Shown piece by piece: positions 23,801-32,800 of a stretch of 64,000 nucleotides of DNA; position 1 is the first letter of the stretch, and every line of letters starts with the position of its first letter. The position numbers and the translations under genes are program-made. The notes under the pieces were generated by a model, which made no database searches, was not told where the DNA came from, and saw only the letters and a program-made list of their open reading frames with translations. The stretch is taken from assembly GCA_963662275.1 (NCBI GenBank), contig OY759316.1, forward strand, positions 64,001-128,000, given 5' to 3'. This DNA is from Candidatus Cloacimonadales bacterium. Lineage in GTDB: Bacteria; Cloacimonadota; Cloacimonadia; Cloacimonadales; DAONDQ01.

Positions 23801-25125
23801 ATTTGCACCATCTGTTTGTCACAGAATCTACAGTCAATTCCACCCGCGGTAACTTACCGTTTGGTAAAGCAATCACAACAACAACGACCTTCCCCAGTTT
23901 TAATGGTTATGTAAGCAAAAAAGGAACAGATTATAACGGACAGATAGTATTTGAGCCGGCTGACCAGCATAAAGGCGACCTGGCACGAGCTCTCCTCTAT
24001 TTCAATGTACGTTATGAGGAAAGCCTGTTCATTCAAAACGTCGACCAGCTTCCCGCATGTATTCAATGGAATTACCTGGATCCTCCTTCTCCGGCTGAAA
24101 TTGCTCGCAATAACCAGATATATTCAGTTTTATCGAATAAGAATCCATTTGTCGATCATCCTGAATATGTCACTTCCATCTATGTACCCACTGCAACCAA
24201 CACAATGCTGAATTTTGCTCCTGTTTCTTCCAGTGTGCAGGAGAATGTGGGAATAGTCCATCTATCCATTCAAATTCAGAATTCGAATACGTATGCCTCT
24301 ACAGCAATGGTTGTCCTTAAAAGCGGAAACGCTGCTCATTTAGGCAATTTTACTCCGGTAAACGTTACATTTCCTGCCAGCAGCACAACTGCTGTCAGCG
24401 TTGATGTTAGCGTAACGGATGACGATATTTCAGATGGCAATGAGAACTTCGTTTTTGAAATTCAGAATGCACAGGGTGGATATTATGCCATTCCCGGTCT
24501 TCAAAATGATTATACCTTAACAGTAGAAGATAATGATGGCGGAATTCCTGTTCCTGTCGCTCTTCCGGCAATCCAAGTATCCAATACTAGCTTTATAGCT
24601 CATTGGCTGCCGGTAAATGGAATCAATAGCTACTCTCTTGATGTAGCTACGGATGCTGATTTTTCTTCTTTCGTGGGAAATTTACATAATTTCGTTCTAG
24701 GCGATACAACATACACGGTTTCAAATCTTGAACAAGGTCATTCCTATTACTATAGAGTCCGTTCTGTCATGAATGATGCGCAAAGCACAAATTCAAATCT
24801 CATAATGATCATTCTCACAGGCAACCAGGATCCTACTGTTTCAGTACCTATCACTGGTATTCGTTCCATCTATCCCAATCCTTTCAATCCTGAAACCACA
24901 ATTCAATATTCATTAGCTAAATCAGGATTGATAAATATTGAGATTTATAATGTGAAAGGACAAAAAGTAATTACATTGGTATCTCAGAATCAGTCTGCTG
25001 GTAATTATTCACAAGTATGGAATGGAAAGAATGACCAGGGTAAATCACTGAGCAGCGGCATCTATTATGTGCGTATGAAATCAGCGAATGATTCGTCTGT
25101 GCGGAAAGTTGTCTTAATGAAATAA
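20890..25125 (+). CDS. Secreted multidomain endonuclease I (6 Fn3, MAM/adhesin-like, EndoI, Calx-beta, FlgD CTD), paralogue B
   Basis: Start at MNQKM after AAGGAG; repeated 'YYYRVRA.N' Fn3 motifs; intact EndoI motifs at ~23535-24180; CTD '...KVVLMK'. Confidence 0.88.
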   Translation: MNQKMFLMIMFCFFAISLSYAINISGGITLTEDFTIGTTATATLSPDWKVDKNTTVRTVGTYTSAVTATERSGGNAMGTTAANGIYNYGAGDAATATDRSVGWISSGNATKSGNLYVQLVNNGNTAIGNFTISFDVEKYRKGTNAGGFSIQMYYSADGATWTSAGSDFLVSFPGVDADNAGYTTAPGATTSISLMSLPQALVASDTLYLAWNYSVTSGAVTSYAQALGIDNVVITANSSGPSLPSLSTTAISEITPTTASSGGNIVFDGGSGISARGVCWNTGGAPIITDSHTSDGTGASSFVSTITGLTASTAYHVRAYATNSTGTAYGNELTFTTGGNGPPPAPVAVTATSITYNSFIANWNNVAEATSYRLDVSTTESFTSFIAGFEDVSVNALAHAVNGLTFSTTYYYRVRAVNADGASPNSNTISVLTDVSPEIPNAPVALAASGVSSSGFIAGWNASTNATSYHLDVSSSDTFSSFVTGYEDLVVNGLTQSVSGLSATSTYYYRVRASNISGTSTNSNIITVFTNEAGTIILTEGFEDASTGTPPVGWTLSAPGSYILSNGANSHGGTNYAGVNAMNGWVMTPLLVNPTELFFWGRTSGTTSNFTITLQSSPDLSSWTDVTTYIANGTDTGTVNSTYSQKNAGLNLTGSYYLRWMMTARTGGSFYFDDVEVTSGSVIPTIPTAPVALAATSIVAVGFTANWHASISATSYRLDVSTSNAFDSFVLGYEDLIVEDITQSVSGLNAATNYYYRVRAVNHVGTSTNSNVITVLTANTSVIPEAPIAETASGITSAGFIANWNVSTNATSYFLDVSLTNAFTTFVTGYQNLTVNDTLKLVTGLSSLTNYYYRVRADNIAGTSVNSNIIEVMTTDFDPNFTYYNPVAGLTGNALKTGLTNLISTNTYSSYNGAKVIMFQQLDNTNGVVRCVYTGRDFPIASDYSGQNSPNTEHTYAQSWFTASASVEKADLHHLFVTESTVNSTRGNLPFGKAITTTTTFPSFNGYVSKKGTDYNGQIVFEPADQHKGDLARALLYFNVRYEESLFIQNVDQLPACIQWNYLDPPSPAEIARNNQIYSVLSNKNPFVDHPEYVTSIYVPTATNTMLNFAPVSSSVQENVGIVHLSIQIQNSNTYASTAMVVLKSGNAAHLGNFTPVNVTFPASSTTAVSVDVSVTDDDISDGNENFVFEIQNAQGGYYAIPGLQNDYTLTVEDNDGGIPVPVALPAIQVSNTSFIAHWLPVNGINSYSLDVATDADFSSFVGNLHNFVLGDTTYTVSNLEQGHSYYYRVRSVMNDAQSTNSNLIMIILTGNQDPTVSVPITGIRSIYPNPFNPETTIQYSLAKSGLINIEIYNVKGQKVITLVSQNQSAGNYSQVWNGKNDQGKSLSSGIYYVRMKSANDSSVRKVVLMK

Positions 25126-25128
25126 AAA

Positions 25129-25280
25129 GTAGGGATAGACCCATGTGTCTATCCTCTTCTTGAAAAAATGTAGGGATAAACCCATGTGTTTATCCTCTTC
25201 TTAATGAATACGAAAGGGCAGATCAATTGATCTGCCCTTTTTCTAATATCCCCCCTTGGGAAGGGGGGCAGGGGGGTCAA
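25129..25280. repeat. GTAG-type REP cluster
   Basis: GTAGGGATA(G/A)ACCCATGTGT(C/T)TATCCT at 25129 and 25170 (compensatory change in stem); aaagggcagatcaattgatctgcccttt 25213-25240. Confidence 0.8.
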
Positions 25281-25646
25281 TTTCTGCTCCTTTTCGTGTT
25301 TTTCGTCTGTTTCGTGGTTTCTTCTCTTTCTTCTCTGCCAATCTTCCATCTCTGAGGTTCACACCACAGGCTATCGGATTTCATATCTCCGATATTTCAT
25401 TTTGATTTTCTGCTCTTTTTTCTTTCTGCCACTTTTAGTTTTTAGTTTCCTCCTCTTCTTTCCCCAATTCATAATTCGTAATTATTTTGAAATCCTCTCT
25501 CGATTTTGCCACATAGCTCCTTCCTATATATAGGGGAAGGTGTCAGGTTTCAGGTGTCAGCTAACAGGTTCAGAACAGAAAGAAGAGTTCTCCGAGTGAT
25601 TGGATTTATCCAATTGTATCGAGGAGACGTCATATGTGATAGCCAA

Positions 25647-25781
25647 TTATAAATCTCATGGAAGACAAAAAAAACAGAAAAGAAACAAAAACTAAAGAAA
25701 ATCTAAGGATAATCTAAAAAAGTCTAGATGATCCCTAGATGATGCCTAGATGAAACCCAGCTCAAAAAGAAAGTGCGAAGT
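25647..25781 (+). repeat. Dispersed ~140-bp element, copy 1
   Basis: Near-identical to 49853-49998; internal 11-bp ctagatgat(c/g)c tandem. Confidence 0.85.
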
Positions 25782-25957
25782 TCGAGGTTCGAAGTTCGAA
25801 ATTGCAGAGTTGTGGAGTAAGATGCCGATCTTACTAAATCTGCTCTTCTCTGATCTTTTCTGATTTATTTCTCCCTTTGGTTAAAGGGAGAAATTCGAGC
25901 AGATATTGAGTTTTGTTTGCGAAAGTTCGGGATGATATAGAAGGATTCACAAACATC

Positions 25958-26002
25958 TTGACGGTAATTCTACTTACGATACATAATTTTTCAGGTAGGA
26001 GG
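25958..26002 (+). promoter_or_regulatory. Putative sigma70 promoter and RBS for the ATPase operon
   Basis: TTGACG-18 nt-CATAAT, then AGGAGG. Confidence 0.5.
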
Positions 26003-26003
26003 A

Positions 26004-27161
26004 ATGATGATTAAAAAGTTAAATGTCTCGAATTTTGCTAAATTGAAAGATGCAGAATTCAACTTCAAGGATTTGAATTTATTCGTAGGTCCTCAGGCAT
26101 CTGGTAAGTCATTAACCTTACAATTGATTAAGCTGCTTATAGATTACCGAGATATTGTCAACAACTTGAAGCGCTATAACTATGATTGGAAAGGCAAAAT
26201 CAATCTATTTCCCGAATTGTATTTCGGAGAAGGCATGAGCGGACTTTTAGAGAATATACTTGTCACTCAAGTTCCAAAGGGTAAGGATATTAATTATAAT
26301 GTTGATTATGCCAGAGGATATGATAGACTACAGAGCCCTCAATGTTTTTATATTCCAGCTCAAAGATTCCTCGTTATTGAAGAAGACTGGCCTAAAGCAT
26401 TTGAAACCTTCGAGAACAAGTATCCTTATGTAGTTCGTGAATTTAGTGATGTGTTAAGAACCATCTTGAATAAACATCCTGAGAAAAGCATTTTTCCTTA
26501 TAGTCCCAAATTGAAGAAGAGTATTAAGAAACAAATTGAAGAAACTATCTATCAGAACTCTAATATCGAATTAGTTTCCCAAAAAGGCAGAAAAAGGGTG
26601 ATGCTGAAAGTAGGTGGAACTGATCGAGAACTACCAATGACATTGATCTCAACAGGTCAGAGAGAATTTCTTCCTTATTTGATTTCCTTATATCACCTTT
26701 TACCCGCAGGGAAAGTGGAAAGAAATGGCGAGATAAATACAGTTATCATTGAAGAGCCAGAAATGGGATTGCATCCCCAAGCAATCAGGACTTTCCTTTT
26801 TACGGTAATCGAAATGCTGTCCCGCAATTATCGAGTGTTTATCTCTACCCATTCTGTTGACCTGATGAATTATATATGGGCTTTCATTGAGATTTCCCAA
26901 TGTAAAGATAAGATAAAAAGGAATACAGCCATATTAAGAATGCTGGCTCTCGAACCAAATGAACTATCAGATGCCTATTTAGATACGATAGCAAAGAAGA
27001 AGGTATCTGTCCATTACTTCAAACCCGAAAATGGCAATATTTCAGTTAAAGACATTTCCAAATTGCCAATCAGCTCAGGTGATGATAGTGACGATCAGTC
27101 AGAGTGGGGTGGTCTATTAACTTCATCAGATTTGATGAATAGCATTATTTCATCTCTCTAA
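26004..27161 (+). CDS. Non-transporter ABC-superfamily ATPase (AAA_15/AAA_21-like)
   Basis: 'IKKLNVSNFAKL', Walker A 'GPQASGKS', 'YIPAQR', signature 'STGQRE', Walker B/D-loop 'IIEEPEMGLHP', H-loop 'ISTHS'; no TM segments. Confidence 0.88.
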   Translation: MMIKKLNVSNFAKLKDAEFNFKDLNLFVGPQASGKSLTLQLIKLLIDYRDIVNNLKRYNYDWKGKINLFPELYFGEGMSGLLENILVTQVPKGKDINYNVDYARGYDRLQSPQCFYIPAQRFLVIEEDWPKAFETFENKYPYVVREFSDVLRTILNKHPEKSIFPYSPKLKKSIKKQIEETIYQNSNIELVSQKGRKRVMLKVGGTDRELPMTLISTGQREFLPYLISLYHLLPAGKVERNGEINTVIIEEPEMGLHPQAIRTFLFTVIEMLSRNYRVFISTHSVDLMNYIWAFIEISQCKDKIKRNTAILRMLALEPNELSDAYLDTIAKKKVSVHYFKPENGNISVKDISKLPISSGDDSDDQSEWGGLLTSSDLMNSIISSL

Positions 27162-27171
27162 GGCGGGTACT

Positions 27172-27627
27172 ATGAATCAGCGGAGGAATCAGAACATTGC
27201 TTTACCTGGATTCATGGTAGCGGAATTGAATGCCTTACAAAGAGATGAGCGCGGGAAAATCATATGTGCTAATTTACCAGATCTTCAATCTGGAGATATT
27301 GACACATTTTACAAAAAAGTAAGAGAACATTCCAATGCAACACGATGGGATTATATCTTGTTCCGAAATTCGGATCAAAGAGTATGGTATGTCGAATTTC
27401 ACGAAGGAACTTCAGATGGATATTCTGATGTTGTTAAGAAGCTTCAATGGTTAAAGATTATGATAAACGATCCAAGTACTGAACTATGTGTTTTCCGTAA
27501 TCTATGTTCGGTTGAATACTTTTGGCTTAGAACCGGCAAGAATATGTTACATCCTGCTTCAAAACAAGCTAAGCAATTAGCAAAAAATAAAGAACTGAAG
27601 TATCAGGCGACATTGACTATAGATTAA
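27172..27627 (+). CDS. Hypothetical protein, putative PD-(D/E)xK-fold nuclease partner of the ATPase
   Basis: 'RWDYILF....VWYVEFH.G.....VVKKLQWLK'; starts 10 bp after the ATPase stop. Confidence 0.6.
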   Translation: MNQRRNQNIALPGFMVAELNALQRDERGKIICANLPDLQSGDIDTFYKKVREHSNATRWDYILFRNSDQRVWYVEFHEGTSDGYSDVVKKLQWLKIMINDPSTELCVFRNLCSVEYFWLRTGKNMLHPASKQAKQLAKNKELKYQATLTID

Positions 27628-27721
27628 TCAATCAAACTCTCTCTCAGATTGAAGTACAAGGCTCGAAGTTCGAAATTCAGAGCAGGTATTGAGTTTTGTT
27701 TGAGAAAGAATGGGATGATTG

Positions 27722-27755
27722 GGAACGCCTGACGGGGTCAGGCGTTCCGTTTTTT
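27722..27755 (+). terminator. Strong intrinsic terminator after the ATPase operon
   Basis: GGAACGCCTGAC-ggg-GTCAGGCGTTCC 12-bp stem followed by gTTTTTT. Confidence 0.8.
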
Positions 27756-27766
27756 GATTGTTTTAA

Positions 27767-28162
27767 CTTTCCAAGAATTTCGAAGTAGCCGAGAAAGCAA
27801 GAATAGCAGAATGTTATGATGCTGCTATCAGTCGTTATTATTATGCTCTTTTTCAATCGATTAGCAATTATCTTATAAATCATAATCAATACAACCCAAA
27901 CAGTTATATAGGGGAAAGCAGTCATATTGAATTAGGAAAGCAATTAAAATTATTTATGGATGGTGAGCATAAGAAAGATTCATATCTTTTAGATATTGCT
28001 ATATTTTATAGATTGAAAGAACGTAGAAGAGAAGCTGATTATGACGGAACTAAATTTACTTCTAATAAAGCAGAATTTGAAAAATTTGCTTTGGATTTCA
28101 ATATTATGAATAGCTTATTATCACGATTTGGATTATCTTCACTTCAAAGGATACCTATATGA
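27767..28162 (+). pseudogene. HEPN-domain gene (UPF0332-like), 5'-truncated or lacking a canonical start
   Basis: Frame of the 27956 ORF extends 63 codons upstream: 'NFEVAEKA...YDAAISRYYYALFQ...SH...RLKERRREADY'; in-frame TAA at 27764-27766 and no ATG/GTG/TTG before 27956. Confidence 0.7.
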
Positions 28163-28410
28163 AAGATACGCTCTATAATCGAATTCTTCAATTTAAGAAG
28201 GATGTTCTTGATCAATATCCGCAATTGCATATTTGGATTGAGCAGGACTCTAATGGTTCCTATTGGATTAATCACGATAACAAACAATTGCAGTACTTCG
28301 ATGAAGAGTTTCATGAATTTGTCGGAGAACTATATTACAAGTATTTTAAGGATGATGATTTATTCGATGTAAGTTTCAGCTACGAAACTCCAAAAGCTGG
28401 TTCAAAGTAA
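28159..28410 (+). CDS. Small acidic hypothetical protein coupled to the HEPN gene
   Basis: ATGA overlap with HEPN stop; AAGGA RBS; 83 aa. Confidence 0.7.
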   Translation: MKDTLYNRILQFKKDVLDQYPQLHIWIEQDSNGSYWINHDNKQLQYFDEEFHEFVGELYYKYFKDDDLFDVSFSYETPKAGSK

Positions 28411-28990
28411 ATGGGTGCCACTAAATGTATGGGTATTAAGAAAACGAATCATGTTGATAAGGTCGGAGAAGAATAAGGCATATTGCAGAAGCTTGAAGGC
28501 TTAGCATAATTACGAATTACAAGTTACGAATTGGCAGAGGACTGCTGACCGCTGGTCATTGAGCGAAGTCGAAATGTCGGTGGTCGTTGCATTACTTGCA
28601 ACGCTCTGCAATTATGGTTAAGTTTCAAATGAAGAGAATCACAGATAGATTTACATCGCAAATCCCTATTCTTTAATCCTGAACTTTAGATTTCTTCAAA
28701 ATCTATTCTGCATCAACCTTTCAAGCCTTCGTATTTCGGACTACGCACTTCGAACTTAAGATTTATTTTTCCTTTTTGAAGAATAAATCGAAATGCTCCC
28801 TCCTATATATATATATGAGAGGACTAAAAAAGCTGAAGCTTTTCTAATTAAAAATTAAAAGATAAAAATTAAAAAATGGCTGAGCAGATGGATTCCCGAT
28901 CAGGTCGGAAATGACAGCTCGCTTTCGCAAGGATTATAACCTGATCAAATGCACAGAATGCAATGCACCCATAATAAATGGAGGGTAAAG

Positions 28991-29574
28991 ATGCTTACTT
29001 ACAAATGGGAATTATCCGGCAATAACTGTCGTATTACATCCAATAGTGGATTATCGTACACTATCCCCAATCGGAATGGCGTTTATTACTTATCTGAACT
29101 GCTGAAACATCCGGGGCAGGAAATACTGTATTCAAACCTGGTTTCCCGCGGAATGTCCTGCATAGTAGACATTGAGTTTCGAGGACATTATCAATTTGAA
29201 TTATTGCAGTATGGTCTCCATGAAGAAGATTTTTATAGATCCATACCTGTCACGGATATGTCAACAGTGAATGAAATTGCGAAAGAATACCGTGCTGTAA
29301 AAGCAAAGATCGATATATATGAAGAATATCATGACCTGGCAAGAGTGGAAACACTCAATGCAGAACTGCTGCAGTTGAAGAAATATCTTCGTTATGCCTG
29401 CATCGATGCTATTGTGCCATTGAAAAGAATGATACCTTGTTATCTACATTACTGGTTGAGCATGTGCATATGAAAACAGAATCGATTCAGATGGATCGGT
29501 TGGAGGAGGCAGTCATTCAAGTAGAATTAAAAATTAGGAATTGCGGAGAAGAGCTGAAGGGAATAGCCATTTGA
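28991..29574 (+). pseudogene. Hypothetical coiled-coil protein, possibly frameshifted near 29414
   Basis: GGAGG RBS before 28991; 'GVYYLSELLKHPGQEI', 'DLARVETLNAELLQLKKYL'; main frame ends at 29473 in an atypical tail while the -1 frame continues 'AIEKNDTLLSTLLVEHV...' to 29574. Confidence 0.45.
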
Positions 29575-29691
29575 AGCGCGATTTACGAAGTACTAAGTTA
29601 AGAATGAGCAAAGCATGCAGAATGGAAGATTTAAAATTGAAGATGTGCAAAGAAGAAAAGAAGAATTATCGGCAGGTTTTCGCTGCCGAGA

Positions 29692-29799
29692 ATGAAAGGT
29701 CGGTTTGAAGTCCGAATGCCCTTTTAGTTAAGTATTCAATGATAATTTGTTTAGGGCATTTGAACTCCAAACTCTTTGCTTTCATGTAAATTCCGAATT
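29692..29799 (-). repeat. Dispersed ~110-bp hairpin element, inverted copy of 60427-60535
   Basis: Shared 'tattcaatgataatttgtttagggcatttgaactccaaa' and flanks. Confidence 0.85.
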
Positions 29800-29836
29800 C
29801 TTGCTTTCAAAGGCGATATTACTCATACGTGTTTAT

Positions 29837-29869
29837 AAAAAAGACACCGGCTTTTCAGTCGGTGCCTTT
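29837..29869 (-). terminator. Intrinsic terminator of the giant nuclease gene
   Basis: Minus strand ggcaccgact-gaaa-agccggtgtc followed by TTTTTT. Confidence 0.7.
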
Positions 29870-29883
29870 GTATTTTAATTGTC

Positions 29884-32800
29884 TTATTTAGCCGTTGGGA
29901 GAGCGATTACTCTGAAGAACTTCAGATTGTCCACAGGAGTTTGTTTCCAGGTTACTACACCTGCATCTTCTGCAAATGTCCCGTTGGTTGTGACATCCAA
30001 GAACAGTTCAGTATTAAATGGATCGTTGGATGCTTCCACACGATAAGAAATAGCACCGACAATACTATTCCAGGTTAGGATGACATCAATTCCATCGGTG
30101 GTGATGGTAATCTCTGGTTTATCTAACGTTGTTGAAGCTCCTGTATGTGAACCGATATATGTGAAAGTATCCACATCATATACAGTCCATTCAGAATTTA
30201 CAGTTGTTGTACCGGCTGATGCAGTCCAATCCAGGTTTCCGTGAATTGTTTCTGATTTACGGACAAGAGTATGATCTTTTGTTGCGGTTGTAACTCCTGC
30301 TACATTCCACCCAGCTCCAGGTACGCCTGCGCCAAGTCCAGGTATTCCGACAACATCAATTAACAGCGTATCTGAAGGTGTTATTTTTTTAAATAAACCA
30401 ACAGCATCATTTCCGTTGAAATTGAATGTAATCAAAGAGACATCTGCAACAGCCAAAATAGCTGCATTTGCAGTTGAATGCGATATTACAATCACATCAT
30501 TTGCTGCTAATGTGCCTGTTAAAGCTACTGTTGTTGACCAGGTTGCTCCATTAAAGGCTTCTTTAACTACATATTGGGTCAAATCAATAGTTGAACTTGT
30601 CGGATTATAGATTTCAATCGCTTTGTTATTGCTTGATCCTTCAATATATTCAGAAATGAAAAGTTCAGGTGTTGTTATTACAGCAGTTGTTACAACTGTG
30701 ATTGTATCTGAATTTGCACTTGTTCCAACAGTGTTGACAGCACGCACTCTATAATAGTAAGTCGTTGCAGCAGTAAGTCCTGACACTGCTTGTGTAAGAC
30801 CAGCTACAGTCAGATCATTGAAGCCTGTTACGAAAGAAGCGAATGTAAGAGATGTAGAAACATCCAAACGATAGCTAGTTGCCGTTGCAGAGGCAGCCCA
30901 ATTTGCTGTGAATCCTGTGGTACCGATACTTGTTGCAGCAGAGGCGACCGGAGCAGCAGGAGCGACTGGTGTCGTGCCTGTAATAACAGTAATTGTATTA
31001 GAATTCGCACTGGTTCCATTGGCATCAACAGCACGGACTCTATAATAATAGGTTGTAGTTTCAGATAAACCAGTGACAGATTGTGATAATCCAGCTACTG
31101 TCAAATCTGAATAACCAGTTACTAATGTAAGGAATGTGTTGACAGTGGAAACATCCAGGCGATAGCTTGTTGCTGTTGCGACAGCATTCCACTTCGCTGT
31201 GAAGCTTGTTGTCAGTGTATCGGTGGCAGCGATTGCTACTGGTGCTGTTGGTGGAATTGTAGGCACATTATGCAATCCCAGACCTGATATTGTATCAATT
31301 GGATAGACAATCCATTCTGAACTTGATGAATCCGTTCCAGCAGAGGTAGTCCAATTTGTATTTCCTTTAGTAATGCTTAGTTTGCGGATTAATGTATGGT
31401 TTGCAGTTGCTGTTGTAACACCTGCAACGTTCCAGCCTGTTGCTGTTACTGTATCAGGAAAACCTACAACATCGATCAGTACAGGAGTTATACCTTTAAA
31501 CAGACCAACAGCATCATTACCATTAAAAGTTAGGGCACCTGATGTTAAGTTTGCTAAGGCAAGAATAGCTGAACTGGCTTGATTATGTGAAATCACATAT
31601 ACACCACCAGCAGCCAATGTACCAGTGGGAGAAATACTTGTGGTATTCCAGCCTTCCCCATTTGGTGCAAGCTTCACTTTATATTGTGTCAAATCAATAC
31701 TGGAAGCAGTTGGGTTGTATAATTCAACTGCCTTATTATTGCTGTTACCTTCCAAGTATTCAGAAATGAAAAGGTCGCTTGTTGAAGTAGTATTTGTCAG
31801 GACAGTGATTGTGTTTGAATTATCGCTTGGACCAATAGCATTAACTGCACGAACACGATAGTAATAATTTGTGTTTTCAGCAAGACCTGTAACAGCCTGG
31901 GTGAGACCAGCCACAGTGAGGTCATTATAACCAGTTACAAATGTTCCGAAAGTATCGGAAGTAGATACATCCAAGCGATATCCTGTTGCCTCTGTAACAG
32001 TGCCCCAGTTAGCAGTGAAGCCTGATGTTGTAATAGAAGTACCAGCAGTTGCCACAGGAGCAGCGGGTGGAGTTGGAATGACTTCACCGGACGTTACTTC
32101 GACATCGTCGAAATACAAACTTCCACCACTACGTACAGTCATATACCAACGGAGGTAGTAGCTACCTGTCAGATTCAGGGCGACAGTTTTCTGCGTATAT
32201 GTACTGGTTATCGTTCCTGCATCAGTTGGAGTAGCCACATATGTGGTAATGTTTGACCAGCTAGCAGAATCTGCAGTGGTAGCTTGAATTGTAATTGTAT
32301 AGTTTGCACTGGCAGCGGAAGTCCGTCCCCAGAATGTCAGTTGAGTAGGATTGGTTAATAATGGAGTCCTCACCCAGCCATTGACTTTATTGGTACCGGC
32401 ATAATTGGTTCCGGCATGAGCATTTCCTGAAGTGCTTTGAATATATGCACCTGCAGCAGAGATTGCCCAACCTGTAGGAGGCGTCGTAGCACCTTCAAAG
32501 CCAGCGGTTAGGATGACTGTGCCGGAGCTACCTGTCGTAATCGCTGTAATTACATTAGAATCGAGACTTGTTCCAGCAGCATTTACTGCACGGACCCGAT
32601 AATAATATGTCGTGGAAGCAGTTAATCCACTAACAGCTTGAGTAAGTCCACTTACTGTTAAATTCTGGTAGCCTGTCACATAAGAAGCAAAGACATCAGA
32701 CGTGGAAACATCCAAACGATAGCTTGTGGCAGTTGCAGAGGCATTCCAGTTGGCAGTGAAACCAGTCGTTGCAAGATCTGTAGCAGTAGTTGCAACTGGA

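Noticed and set aside
26004..27161. Transporter ATPase or SMC/RecF protein
   Set aside because: No permease partner and no long coiled coil
25890..28410. Integron cassette array
   Set aside because: No intI gene and no clear RYYYAAC...GTTRRRY attC structures
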